A stretch of DNA of 20,266 bases from a virus: IMG/VR virus record IMGVR_UViG_3300027836_000008. One strand, 5' to 3'. This document shows, one piece after another, positions 7,245 through 16,524 of the stretch (position 1 is its first letter; each line of letters starts with the position of its first letter). Below the pieces are notes generated by a model that ran no database searches, was not told where the DNA came from, and saw nothing but the letters and a program-made list of their open reading frames with translations. The position numbers and the translations under genes are program-made.

Positions 7245-8003
7245 AGGATTGACCTCCTTGTTAATCTTAGAAGTATTAATGCCTTTAGCACTATCAACTA
7301 AGAACTTTATCATGTTTGTTTTTTCGTTATCCGTTTTTTCAACGAAACCTATATTTTCCATCTGTGATCCTGTCAATGGATTTGTTTCTGACTCATTCTC
7401 TGAAACCAAAACAAGTCCAGCCTCTTTGTCATAAAAAACATTCTCTAGTACTGTCTCATCTGCCTTGATGACATTTACTCCATCAACCTTTTCAACAGAG
7501 ACAATATTTGCAAACTGGTTTGCTGGGGAATCGACAAGACTCAACTCAACAAGATCATATTGCTTAATAACACGGATTGACTTATCTGACTTCTCGTCAT
7601 AAGCATCGTCCCACTTATTCATTCGTCCCCCGATTGAAAAACCAGTTAGTGTTCCATCAAGTACCTTTTCCCAAGTGTCTTGTGCGCCCTTTGAAACGTA
7701 TGCTGAAACAAAAACACCAGAATAAAATTTCTTAGATTCTGGATCAAAATACTTATCTTCTTTAAAAGACACCATCTTGCCTACTGCAAGTGGCTGGTGC
7801 ATCTCACGGATGTTTCCACGGAATCTTGCAAATGCATCCATTGACGCTTCTGCTGTTACGATGTCATCCTGCTTATCAATATTATCGAGAGATGCAAAAC
7901 CTGAAACTATACGGCGTTCCTTATCAACCTTTGCAAAAGGCATTGAAAGACGCAAATTGTCCCCATCTGAATTCCAATGGGCCTTGGTTATATCGCTCAC
8001 CAT
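6693..8003 (-). CDS. Prohead (capsid maturation) protease fused to a scaffold region
   Basis: HK97-family protease motifs VSGFAS..IDKQDDIV, IREMH (His), GFSIGG (Ser) and ELSLVDSPAN, with an acidic coiled-coil C-terminal half. Exact start uncertain (ATG 8003 or GTG 8000). Confidence 0.9.
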   Translation of the reverse strand: MVSDITKAHWNSDGDNLRLSMPFAKVDKERRIVSGFASLDNIDKQDDIVTAEASMDAFARFRGNIREMHQPLAVGKMVSFKEDKYFDPESKKFYSGVFVSAYVSKGAQDTWEKVLDGTLTGFSIGGRMNKWDDAYDEKSDKSIRVIKQYDLVELSLVDSPANQFANIVSVEKVDGVNVIKADETVLENVFYDKEAGLVLVSENESETNPLTGSQMENIGFVEKTDNEKTNMIKFLVDSAKGINTSKINKEVNPMTETTNEVVEEIVEKSDATVVEAEVAPEAIVEESTDAEKAMKPHADEETPAEDASEKPADEMEEDKAKKSDDVAAVVADIKDNLTTAFSDLLSTVKSLQAEVELLKSTKVDVDAVKDSFEAVAKDIASAKDEFSEFGKRVDAVEADTAFRKSGDLGEIIQDQPEMVEKSLWGGRFLKTTDLFS

Positions 8004-8006
8004 TAT

Positions 8007-8012
8007 ATTATA
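8007..8012 (-). promoter_or_regulatory. Possible -10 box (TATAAT) for the protease/capsid operon
   Basis: TATAAT in the 32-nt gap between portal and protease genes, 6 nt before GTG 8000. No TGn extension and no SD. Confidence 0.45.
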
Positions 8013-8035
8013 AACCCCTTTTTTACAATATCTTA

Positions 8036-9643
8036 CTATTCGGACAATTCAGACAGTTCGTCAGACTTTCGTCCTTCACCCTTTGGGTTTCTGCCAGAGA
8101 TAGTTGAAGAACTATCAGAGTTATTGTTTGCTCGTTGCCCATCTCGTTCTCTGTTTGCTGTTGCATCAGCAGCCTGCTGTGGCTTAAGATCTAGTGGCTG
8201 ATCGCCACCATCACGCTGTGGCATACGCAAGATTGTTCTTGCTTCGTTAGGAAGCATGATCTGATTCTTAACATATCGCTCAAGAATTTGAGATTGTGCA
8301 ATCTCGTCTGTGAGTGTTAGTTCATTGAACTTAAACTGAAGAATATCTGTTTGTTCACGAATAATTTTATTGATAGGCTTTTCAAGTTCTCTCTGTGCTG
8401 GTCTAGCAACCTGCTCTTTAAAGGTTCTATCTTGTGCAAGTGCTGCTGCGATAGCAGATGCATCTGAACCACCAAGTTTTGAAAGTGGCACTTGGTGTGC
8501 TACCAAAATATCATCACGGTTTTGCTTACGATACTTTTCAAACGATCCCTCTTGAACACCATTCTCAATTGGCTCCATCTTAAACTCAACTTTGTTTGTA
8601 TCAGAGTCTCCTGGCAATGGAATATAAAGGGTTCTGTGGTTCTGTCCCTTCATACCAGTTTGCAAAAATCTAAACATCTTATCTTCTGCTTCACCAGAAA
8701 GTTTTGCACCCTTAAGAGTTACAACATATCGTGGAACTGCCTTATTGCTAAAGTAATCAATATTGTATTGTGATGCAAGCATGTCTCCTTGGAGTGCTGT
8801 GATTGCAGAAATAATATCTGGAACACCATAAAAAGTATTTAGTGGTGAGTACTCTCTAAAGTGAATAATTTCGTTAGGTCGGTTATCTGCTGTAACTGGG
8901 TTTGGATTTGTTGCACCAAAGTTACGGAAGTAAACAACCTTGTTTCCAATGACCTGTACAAAGCCATCACGTAATCTACGCACTCGCATAGTTACTGCTG
9001 GAATGTGACCAATGTAGCCAATCTGTCCTTTAACTGTTCTACCAACTTCAATGTAACCGTTACCTGTTGCCTGAACATCTGTATAAACCTTTTCCATGAT
9101 TGTTGTAAAAGAGTCTTCCTGATTCAAACTTTCAAGCCAGTCAGTTAGTTCAACCTTAGCACGTTCAATTCTTTTGCGAGCATTCTGAGCAGTTGTTGCT
9201 TGTGCAGTTTCTAACTTCAACATTGTACGAGGAGAGATCTCAAAGTCATATCCAAGCCCGACAATGTTTTCTACTTTTGCATCAATAGCGGCATGGTTAG
9301 CAAAAGATGTATCATAAAAACTTGCTAATTCATATAGGTTCCATGGTGGAGTAATTACATCAAATAGGCCGTAACCATTTCTATATATGGTTCCTGGATT
9401 AATCTCTTTTGACTTTGCTCCGTCTTTACCGCTTCTTACAGCAAGTGCGCTGTCCATGTATTGTGGAGTTGCTTCACCCTTTGCAATTCTAGATGCACGG
9501 CGCTTAAAGTTATTGTCTAAACCAGACAAGACCTTTAGTTCATCCCATGTCTTATTAAAAGGATCCTGTTCCTTAAAAGCATCTGCTTCTTGTGGGAACT
9601 CATCCATAGATGCACGGACTATGTATTGATTGTCTTCAGACAT
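8036..9643 (-). CDS. Portal protein
   Basis: Motifs HAAIDAKVENIVGLG, DVQATGNGYIEV, EIIHF, FYGVPDI, YNIDYFSNKAVP, RDDILVAHQVP and NEARTIL. Directly upstream of the prohead protease. Confidence 0.93.
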   Translation of the reverse strand: MSEDNQYIVRASMDEFPQEADAFKEQDPFNKTWDELKVLSGLDNNFKRRASRIAKGEATPQYMDSALAVRSGKDGAKSKEINPGTIYRNGYGLFDVITPPWNLYELASFYDTSFANHAAIDAKVENIVGLGYDFEISPRTMLKLETAQATTAQNARKRIERAKVELTDWLESLNQEDSFTTIMEKVYTDVQATGNGYIEVGRTVKGQIGYIGHIPAVTMRVRRLRDGFVQVIGNKVVYFRNFGATNPNPVTADNRPNEIIHFREYSPLNTFYGVPDIISAITALQGDMLASQYNIDYFSNKAVPRYVVTLKGAKLSGEAEDKMFRFLQTGMKGQNHRTLYIPLPGDSDTNKVEFKMEPIENGVQEGSFEKYRKQNRDDILVAHQVPLSKLGGSDASAIAAALAQDRTFKEQVARPAQRELEKPINKIIREQTDILQFKFNELTLTDEIAQSQILERYVKNQIMLPNEARTILRMPQRDGGDQPLDLKPQQAADATANRERDGQRANNNSDSSSTISGRNPKGEGRKSDELSELSE

Positions 9644-10047
9644 TAGTCGCCACTTCCGTACTTGTCATGTGTATCCTGTGCTGCTTTCCATGCACCAAGA
9701 TCGTTCATTGAAGGAATAAGTCCTTCTGAAAGTCTTTGCTTTTGCTCAGAGTATTCCTCTTCTGAGATTCTTGTTAGCCCTGGGACGAATACGCATGTTC
9801 CATCTCCTTCATCCCCGTAATATTTTGCTGCTTCCTTAAGTTTAGAAATCTGCATAATATCGCCCTTCATGGACTCAATGTTCAAAACAGATCCATTTCC
9901 GTCTGTAAACCACTTACCGTTTGCCTTTTTGTAAACATATAGGCCCCAGTCGTAATGCTTTTCAATGATCTTTGCACGAGACTCACCAACTTGGCCCTTC
10001 ATCTTGGGCAATGCTTTGCGCTTTTTCTTTGGATTTTCAATATTCAT
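9643..10047 (-). CDS. Hypothetical protein coupled to the portal gene
   Basis: TAATG overlap with the portal start. Start placed at ATG 10047, 7 nt after TGGTATACT. Basic N-terminus (PKKKRK). Confidence 0.75.
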   Translation of the reverse strand: MNIENPKKKRKALPKMKGQVGESRAKIIEKHYDWGLYVYKKANGKWFTDGNGSVLNIESMKGDIMQISKLKEAAKYYGDEGDGTCVFVPGLTRISEEEYSEQKQRLSEGLIPSMNDLGAWKAAQDTHDKYGSGD

Positions 10048-10054
10048 AACCACA

Positions 10055-10063
10055 AGTATACCA
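10055..10063 (-). promoter_or_regulatory. Extended -10 promoter TGGTATACT, probably leaderless
   Basis: Same 9-mer as 1542..1550, also followed by TGT. 7 nt to ATG 10047 and no SD. Confidence 0.65.
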
Positions 10064-10065
10064 TA

Positions 10066-13000
10066 TTATACGGCATTTTGGGTTGATGTTTGCCACTCAA
10101 CCTCACTATAGAAGTTATACTCATAGTCTTTAAACGATAAAACCTTTGGATTTGATTCAGAAGCGTTATAATCATCAATAATGATCTTATTTGTTCCAGA
10201 ATATGCTTTATATATGTCTCCTGGGTTTGCCCCGTAGTAAGATGTAGAAGACAAAACCAATACGCCTTGCCACTTGTAGGCAATATCCCAGAAGTCCCAA
10301 TTAAGGGCTAGTGGGCCAGAATACTTAACCTTAAACCAAGGTCTAGTTGTAACATTTTGAACCTCCTGCAGATTCGTTGACTTATAGGTAGAAATAAGGT
10401 TAACAAGAAGCGGTCCATTAATTCTTAAAGATCCAACAAATGAACCAAAGTTGAGAAGATTTGAAAACGATATTCCAAGGAAAGACCACTCCTTTGTCGT
10501 AATTACTGGATCATTAACAACTTTACCGTTTAAATAAAAGACAATGCCATCTTCTAGTTCACCAGTGTTTTCATTAATTGCATATATCTTTGCTCTCTGT
10601 CCACTTGGGCTGTCAGCAAGCATAAAGAATTTAATGTTTCCATTTCTGCTTTCAATCTCAAAGATTTGTGTAGGAGCATATGGGAAGAAACTCTGATCGT
10701 ATCTCAATGCTATCTGCATGGCCATGATCTTATAATCACTTGACATTGACTTGTTGATTGGTATAGCAAGTCCTCTGTTAACCAATGGGTCAAAGGTTCC
10801 TCTAACTTCTATTCCGCTATTTCGTGTTAGATAGAGGTATGGAGAACTACCCTTGTAAATACTAAAAGGATTATCTGTTTTATAATCGTAGTATATTCCA
10901 GACTTCTTGTATGGGTATATTGGTGTACCAAATCTAGTACCGATCTCATTTGCAGAACTGTTAAGTGCTTGTGATGCTAACTGCAACGTCTTAATCTCTA
11001 ATGGATTTTTTAGCATCTCCTTAACATTTACCTCTAAATGCACAACAATTGAAAGATCGTTAAAATCTATTCCGCTTGGTGGATAGATTATGCTATTATC
11101 AACAACCTCATATTTTGTATTCAAGAAACTATCAGCAATCTTATTTCCATTGTCGTCGTAGTCAACAGTATAGGTACCTGGCTTTACTATGCCATTTGAG
11201 GCTGGTCTAACTGAGTACTGGAATGCATCAGATGATGTATTTGCTCCATCTGCAGTATACTGAAAAGAAATATAAGATCTAACTAAAGACTTTGAGGTAT
11301 CTAAACTATAAGTTTTTAATGATTTTGTTAAAAGATCTGAGTAATCGTTGTATCCTGTATATAGGTGATTATCTAATGAAGAATAAGATCTTTGTACTGG
11401 AACTTGATATCTTGACATAAGTTCTGAATAATTCCAAGAAGTGTACTCTCCAGATTCAATATACTGTAGTGGTGCAGGATAGTTAATATTAAACTGCAAG
11501 AAATCTAGGCCATACTTTTGCTTACCCTTTGAGTCTGTGATGTATTTAGCAAAGTATGTTAGAGGAATGTTGTCCTCCCAAGAACTTGCAACATCTATGT
11601 CTAATGTAAACTTATTAAACTTAACAGAGCCCACTAATCCATAACTTGGACGATGTTCATTTAGTTCTAGTGTTGCATATGAGGAAACAATTCCACCAGA
11701 TAAATAGTATTGCCAAAACTCTTGATTGTTTGCTATAAACTCATCAAGGTTATTATAATAGCCACCTTGATTACCAAAGTAACTGTCACCAGCATCATAT
11801 GTGCCTGAATCAAGGTAGTTGTACAATTCTTGGTATTCTTGTGGAGTTCCATTATTAGCAAATAAATCGCTGACCTTTGCAAAATTCTTAGCATTATCAA
11901 AACCTATTTTATAGACCTTACCACCAAAGGTGTTTGAAAGTTCTTTTGTTCCACCAACGTAAACCTTAAGAGATCCACGATTTCCAAGAAGTTCTGCAAC
12001 CGTTCCTCCATAATAATTAGAGAAACCTTCAAAGTTAATTCCAGCAGAAAAGATTTCACCAGGAGCAATACCCAAAGACCTATACTTAAGTTCTAATTCT
12101 GATGACCCGTGTTTAACTCCATACTCGATGTGAGTATCAACCAGATCAACAGATATATAATTTCCAGTTACCTGATCCTCAATCCTTAAGAGAACTTGAC
12201 GGGTTGGACTAGCAACAGTATATTTAAAAACACCAAACACAGAAGAAACAAAGTCATTAATTGGGCTTGCTGTATTAAACACCAAATAAGAGTTTGCTGA
12301 GTTCCAGCCACTGTTTGGTTTTAATGAAAAGAACTTGCTAGATTCATTTTGAATTGCTAGATTATCTGCATTAAAGTTTGCTAAGTTTTTATTGTCAGAA
12401 ACAAATGTGGGGAGTTCATACTGTGGCAGCGACAAGAAGTTATTTTTAACAGCAAGATTGTTTAGTATTCCTTGTGACCACATTCCAATATCTGGATATA
12501 AATAATTATTTGTATAGTTGGCAAATGGGTAATCAATAAACACGGAAGTTCCGCTATATGCACTATTAATGTTTTCTGGAATTTCTACGCCTTGTCCATA
12601 AACAAATCTTCTTTTTGCCATAACTAATGGAATTTGATATGAATATATACCAACACAGTCCACCTCGATTGGAGTCACATCGTCGTATGCATAAAAACCT
12701 AGCCAGTCATTGTCTTTACCGTTTGACTCTTTATCTGGAAAAACCAAATCACTTGTAAGCAAATTTAAAGATATAACTTCTTCACCATTAATCAGGAGGC
12801 TTGCTTTGTTCTTTGCGAGTCTGATATGAACAAGCATTGGTCTTGTCCACTCACCAATACAGAAAGATCCAACGTTATCTGAGATCTTAAGAGTAATGAA
12901 TGGGCCATTGACATATATCCCATCTGAAGATGATATTGGTCCAAAAATTCTTTTCAGCGTTGGAGAACTAGAATTAATTCTTAGCCACATCTCTAAAGTG

Positions 13001-13860
13001 TATTCATTAAACTTTCCTACTGTATTTAAAAATCCCTGTCCAGGAATAATAAGAGATGGCATTCCCTCTGTGTTTGGACTAATAATTGTTGTGTTTGATG
13101 ATCCATATACCATTGGGACACCAGAGTTTTTTGAACACATAGAAGACTGGTTCAACAAATAGTACCCAGAACTTTCCATCAGTCCGTAGGCCTTTGCCTC
13201 TATACCATTTGCCTGTGTTAAATTAATCTCAGATGGTATTGGACTGGTTGATGTTCCTAAAGAAAAAGAGTTGAACTCTTCAGACCATTGACCGACAGTC
13301 ACGCCATTAATTAAAAATGTGTACTCTGCATCTGGCGTTGAAGACTTTAGATATGTTATTTTAATAACTGGTCGCATATCTGCTACATCATCTGGGATTT
13401 GAAATGTTTCAGATACAAAGAACCATCTTTTTTCAATAGAAATATCATAGTGCTTTAAATTTTGCACAATGGATCCAGTGCTTACATCAAAATACTCATA
13501 GCCAATATCAACTGCTGTCAGGTATGCATTATCGGCATAGATATAAGAACCAACCGAAAAAGTCTCTAAGTCTTGATTTAGACTAGAAAATGTAAATAGG
13601 TTTGGACCAACTGCTGATGCTGTTGCAAAATCCTCAGATGAGACCTCTCCACTTATCTTTATTACTGGACTTGATGGAAATGGTTCATCAATTGCGGTGG
13701 TTGAGTTTTCTCCAGTGCAATTAGAAAATGTCCAACTACCAAAACCTCTTTGTTGCTCAGAGATTAGAGAAACATAGTCTGCAGAATCGTCTAGTGCCCA
13801 CAAAACCTTTGGGTGTTCTGCAAACACCTTTTCTGCATATAGGTTTGAAGGAATAGACAT
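10066..13860 (-). CDS. Large beta-rich putative virion protein with LamG/ConA-like domain(s) (1264 aa)
   Basis: N-terminal YAEKVFAEHPKVLWALDD and internal EYTLEMWLRI...MLVHIRL.KNKASLLINGEEV resemble LamG-like jelly-roll modules of phage structural proteins. Rich in S/N/Y/F/G. Confidence 0.65.
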   Translation of the reverse strand: MSIPSNLYAEKVFAEHPKVLWALDDSADYVSLISEQQRGFGSWTFSNCTGENSTTAIDEPFPSSPVIKISGEVSSEDFATASAVGPNLFTFSSLNQDLETFSVGSYIYADNAYLTAVDIGYEYFDVSTGSIVQNLKHYDISIEKRWFFVSETFQIPDDVADMRPVIKITYLKSSTPDAEYTFLINGVTVGQWSEEFNSFSLGTSTSPIPSEINLTQANGIEAKAYGLMESSGYYLLNQSSMCSKNSGVPMVYGSSNTTIISPNTEGMPSLIIPGQGFLNTVGKFNEYTLEMWLRINSSSPTLKRIFGPISSSDGIYVNGPFITLKISDNVGSFCIGEWTRPMLVHIRLAKNKASLLINGEEVISLNLLTSDLVFPDKESNGKDNDWLGFYAYDDVTPIEVDCVGIYSYQIPLVMAKRRFVYGQGVEIPENINSAYSGTSVFIDYPFANYTNNYLYPDIGMWSQGILNNLAVKNNFLSLPQYELPTFVSDNKNLANFNADNLAIQNESSKFFSLKPNSGWNSANSYLVFNTASPINDFVSSVFGVFKYTVASPTRQVLLRIEDQVTGNYISVDLVDTHIEYGVKHGSSELELKYRSLGIAPGEIFSAGINFEGFSNYYGGTVAELLGNRGSLKVYVGGTKELSNTFGGKVYKIGFDNAKNFAKVSDLFANNGTPQEYQELYNYLDSGTYDAGDSYFGNQGGYYNNLDEFIANNQEFWQYYLSGGIVSSYATLELNEHRPSYGLVGSVKFNKFTLDIDVASSWEDNIPLTYFAKYITDSKGKQKYGLDFLQFNINYPAPLQYIESGEYTSWNYSELMSRYQVPVQRSYSSLDNHLYTGYNDYSDLLTKSLKTYSLDTSKSLVRSYISFQYTADGANTSSDAFQYSVRPASNGIVKPGTYTVDYDDNGNKIADSFLNTKYEVVDNSIIYPPSGIDFNDLSIVVHLEVNVKEMLKNPLEIKTLQLASQALNSSANEIGTRFGTPIYPYKKSGIYYDYKTDNPFSIYKGSSPYLYLTRNSGIEVRGTFDPLVNRGLAIPINKSMSSDYKIMAMQIALRYDQSFFPYAPTQIFEIESRNGNIKFFMLADSPSGQRAKIYAINENTGELEDGIVFYLNGKVVNDPVITTKEWSFLGISFSNLLNFGSFVGSLRINGPLLVNLISTYKSTNLQEVQNVTTRPWFKVKYSGPLALNWDFWDIAYKWQGVLVLSSTSYYGANPGDIYKAYSGTNKIIIDDYNASESNPKVLSFKDYEYNFYSEVEWQTSTQNAV

Positions 13861-13869
13861 TATAGGTCT

Positions 13870-13878
13870 ATTTTATCA
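13870..13878 (-). promoter_or_regulatory. Extended -10 promoter TGATAAAAT overlapping the upstream stop codon
   Basis: The TGA stop of the oxygenase gene supplies the TGn. 9 nt to ATG 13860 and no SD. Confidence 0.55.
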
Positions 13879-14406
13879 CACAATGCGAGTAAACCAGCGA
13901 GGTGTTGTGTATCTTGTTCCCTGAATAATTTCTTTTACCCCATGAACATATCTAGGCTGATCTGGGAAACATAGTAGGTCTCCTGGCTCTGGCTTAATAG
14001 AAATTTGATAGTCAGGGAAATATATTTCTCCCCCTAAATAATCGTCATTCAGGTACACAAGGGTTGCAATATCGTTTGGCCTTGAAGAGTCAAAGTGCAC
14101 GTGCATTCCATGACCCTCATCAAACTTTGCAATATGAGTTTTGTGAGGATTGAACGGCTCAAACGATTCACCATACGTTTCTATTACATGATTATAAACC
14201 TTTAGAGCATATTCTTGCATAAGTGCTAAGACTTCTGGCTCATTGTTTTCAATCTCATGATAGGTGTACACCTTGAACTCTTTTTCATTATTTCCATGCA
14301 TCTTAAATCCATCATCAAAACGTTTTGCATGGTTATAGATTTTTGCAGCATCATCAGGATTCATGAAGCCTTTAATGTGGTGTATTTGTGACACGTAGTC
14401 CTCCAT
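13876..14406 (-). CDS. 2OG-Fe(II) oxygenase, prolyl-4-hydroxylase-like
   Basis: HxD (HFD), LVYLNDDYLGGEIYFP, KPEPGDLLCFP, HGV and the distal Arg in GTRYT. Start moved to ATG 14406, which overlaps the RNR stop (TAATG). Confidence 0.9.
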   Translation of the reverse strand: MEDYVSQIHHIKGFMNPDDAAKIYNHAKRFDDGFKMHGNNEKEFKVYTYHEIENNEPEVLALMQEYALKVYNHVIETYGESFEPFNPHKTHIAKFDEGHGMHVHFDSSRPNDIATLVYLNDDYLGGEIYFPDYQISIKPEPGDLLCFPDQPRYVHGVKEIIQGTRYTTPRWFTRIV

Positions 14407-16436
14407 TACTTTACCTTTATTTCGCAGTAGTCTGTTGTGCAATATGCCTCGCCCATTGCTTCTAGATTTTCATTGCCATCATAAATAGCGCCGAAATCAA
14501 TATGCTTTAGAACTCCAACATAACCATTATACTCTTCTTCAGTAATCTGAGTATATGGTTGCTGAGGATAAACAGTGTTGCCCATTGGCAAGAATGAAAC
14601 TGCCTTCAATTGTCCCTCGTACATGTGAAGAGCAGGAGCAACATGCTTTGACTCTGTCTCCTTATCAAATGACAGGGTTACAGAAACACCATTATCTGAC
14701 CAGTACTTTTGAGCAGTTGCTGCAAGAGCGATCTTCTCAAATAGAGTTACATCCTTTTCAGAACGAGGATGTCCTGACTTTACTGGAAAATATACTACTT
14801 GAGTATTTGCTGATACCACATCCTTTTCAATCTTATACCCCGCTGCTTTAAATAAATGAAGCATTGGATCAGTATCACCAAAACGAATTGCACGAAGGAA
14901 GAAGTTTCCTCCAGGACCCCAGTGAACACCAGGTGTTGCACCAGAAAGAATTGATACAGATCCTGATGGCTTAACTGTTGTTACACGAATTGATTCACGG
15001 ACGCAAAGCCATTCTGAGTATGAGTGATCGTACTTACGAATTGTCTGATACCCCTCGTCCATCCATTCACGAACAACAGGAAGACCCTTTTGATCAGCAA
15101 ATGATGCAATGCCTGTAAGAGATGTACCAATGCGACGGTTGCGCTGCATGATACCGTTTGTCTGCTGCCAGTGTGTTGGAAGCAGTGTAACAGTCTTACC
15201 ATAAAGGTAAGCAAACTTCAATGTCTTGAGGAAGTCCTCCTTGGATTCATGTCGGTTTAAGTGAACCTCTACAAGAGTACAAAGTTCATACGACTCCAAT
15301 GGCTGCTCCGCACAAGGATTGAATCCCATAACACGATAGTCCTTTCCATCTGCAGGATCTGCTAGACGACCATAGTTACGAGCAACATCAAGCCAAATAA
15401 AACCTGGCTCTCCGTTATTAACAATCAGATCAGTGTACTTTTCATAGTCCATTCCGACTGTTGCAGAAATTGAGTTATTTGACATCCATGCCCAACCTGG
15501 GCTTTCTGGGTCAAACGAGTTACGGTCTGGGAAGACCTCTGCATTCTTAAGATTAATAAAGTCTTCATCTCCTGCTGCACCCAAAGCAAGTGTTGCAGAG
15601 CGACGAACATTTCCTGATACTACGCATGTACCAATAAGGTTGATAATATCTGTAATAGCACGACTGTCAAGGGTTTCTCCTGCTCTACCGCCGATTACCT
15701 TGTCTATCTGTGTATGTAGTTGAACAAGTGGTGCTGGACCGCTAGCGACCCCTCCAAAGCCCTTAATCGGTGCTCCTAGAGGACGGATAAGATCGTAGTT
15801 AAACTTCTGAATAGGCTGGTTTGAACGAAGGTAAGAGTTTAGCAAAAGACGAACTGATTCTACCCAACCTTCACGAGTGTCTGGGATATCAAAGATCGCT
15901 GCTGGTTCTGTAGGAGCATAGATCTGAAAACCCTTCTCCTGTCCTACTGTATCAAAGCCAACGCCGATGCCTAGCATTAACGCATCCATAACCCAAGCAA
16001 ATAATGCTCCTGGATCATTCTTATCAAGGTCCTTAGTTGATACCATTGCACAGTTCTGTAGTGCTGCTGAGTTACGCTTCTCCATAGTCATGGCAGTTCC
16101 AAATGTCCACATGCCTCGTCCTGGTGGTGTCCACTTAAGTTCAAACATTCTTTGGAATGCTTCTTGTGCTGACTTCTGAGCCTTATAGTCATTCCATGGA
16201 AGACGATTTTCCTTAGCGTGATTCTTCTGTACTGAGTACATTCCTTCAATCACACGACGACAAACTTCATGCCATCTTTCCTTAGTTCCATCCTCCTTCA
16301 CACGAGAGTATGTGCGAATAAAGGTGATTTCTCCAAGAGAGTTTTCTGCTGCATCTTTGAATCCAAATGGATTTGGTGCTGATACAAACTTCTCTACGAA
16401 GTCATCTGTTAATCTAAAACTAAAAAAATCTGACAT
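14406..16436 (-). CDS. nrdJ: Class II adenosylcobalamin-dependent ribonucleotide reductase (monomeric RTPR type)
   Basis: RTYSR, PPGRG, LQNCA, catalytic NPCAEQ.L...ELC, RRIG, TTVKPSG and a C-terminal CTTDYC redox pair. No beta-subunit gene nearby and no intein-sized insertion. Confidence 0.93.
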   Translation of the reverse strand: MSDFFSFRLTDDFVEKFVSAPNPFGFKDAAENSLGEITFIRTYSRVKEDGTKERWHEVCRRVIEGMYSVQKNHAKENRLPWNDYKAQKSAQEAFQRMFELKWTPPGRGMWTFGTAMTMEKRNSAALQNCAMVSTKDLDKNDPGALFAWVMDALMLGIGVGFDTVGQEKGFQIYAPTEPAAIFDIPDTREGWVESVRLLLNSYLRSNQPIQKFNYDLIRPLGAPIKGFGGVASGPAPLVQLHTQIDKVIGGRAGETLDSRAITDIINLIGTCVVSGNVRRSATLALGAAGDEDFINLKNAEVFPDRNSFDPESPGWAWMSNNSISATVGMDYEKYTDLIVNNGEPGFIWLDVARNYGRLADPADGKDYRVMGFNPCAEQPLESYELCTLVEVHLNRHESKEDFLKTLKFAYLYGKTVTLLPTHWQQTNGIMQRNRRIGTSLTGIASFADQKGLPVVREWMDEGYQTIRKYDHSYSEWLCVRESIRVTTVKPSGSVSILSGATPGVHWGPGGNFFLRAIRFGDTDPMLHLFKAAGYKIEKDVVSANTQVVYFPVKSGHPRSEKDVTLFEKIALAATAQKYWSDNGVSVTLSFDKETESKHVAPALHMYEGQLKAVSFLPMGNTVYPQQPYTQITEEEYNGYVGVLKHIDFGAIYDGNENLEAMGEAYCTTDYCEIKVK

Positions 16437-16469
16437 GTGTTTCGTCCTTTCAAAAACGGAATAGACCTA

Positions 16470-16478
16470 ATTATAGCA
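16470..16478 (-). promoter_or_regulatory. Extended -10 promoter TGCTATAAT for nrdJ
   Basis: Perfect TGnTATAAT upstream of the GAAAGGA SD and ATG 16436. Confidence 0.7.
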
Positions 16479-16502
16479 GAGTTTTGTAAAAAGCAAAACT
16501 CT
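16478..16502. repeat. Perfect 9-bp inverted repeat abutting the nrdJ promoter
   Basis: AGAGTTTTG-TAAAAAG-CAAAACTCT, with no following U-tract on the minus strand. Confidence 0.7.
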
Positions 16503-16524
16503 CCCCTAAACTAATACTTTATAG

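Noticed and set aside
6868-7434. 188-aa plus-strand ORF
   Set aside because: Ser/Ala/Thr/Phe-rich antisense shadow of the acidic scaffold codons, with no independent coding signal.
10044-10283. 79-aa minus-strand alternate-frame ORF (also 5679..5930, 14981..15214, 15425..15610)
   Set aside because: Nested in other frames of long, well-supported genes, with no recognisable protein features.
14407-14442. ORF-track N-terminal extension of the oxygenase (similarly 814..840, 2224..2232, 18674..18688, 19318..19332)
   Set aside because: Downstream ATGs have better SD sequences or stop/start coupling.
14406-16436. Intein or intron in the RNR, or a class I assignment
   Set aside because: The ORF is continuous at a normal 676 aa with no splicing motifs. 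It ends in a CxxxxC pair without the class I tyrosine pair, and no beta-subunit gene is adjacent.
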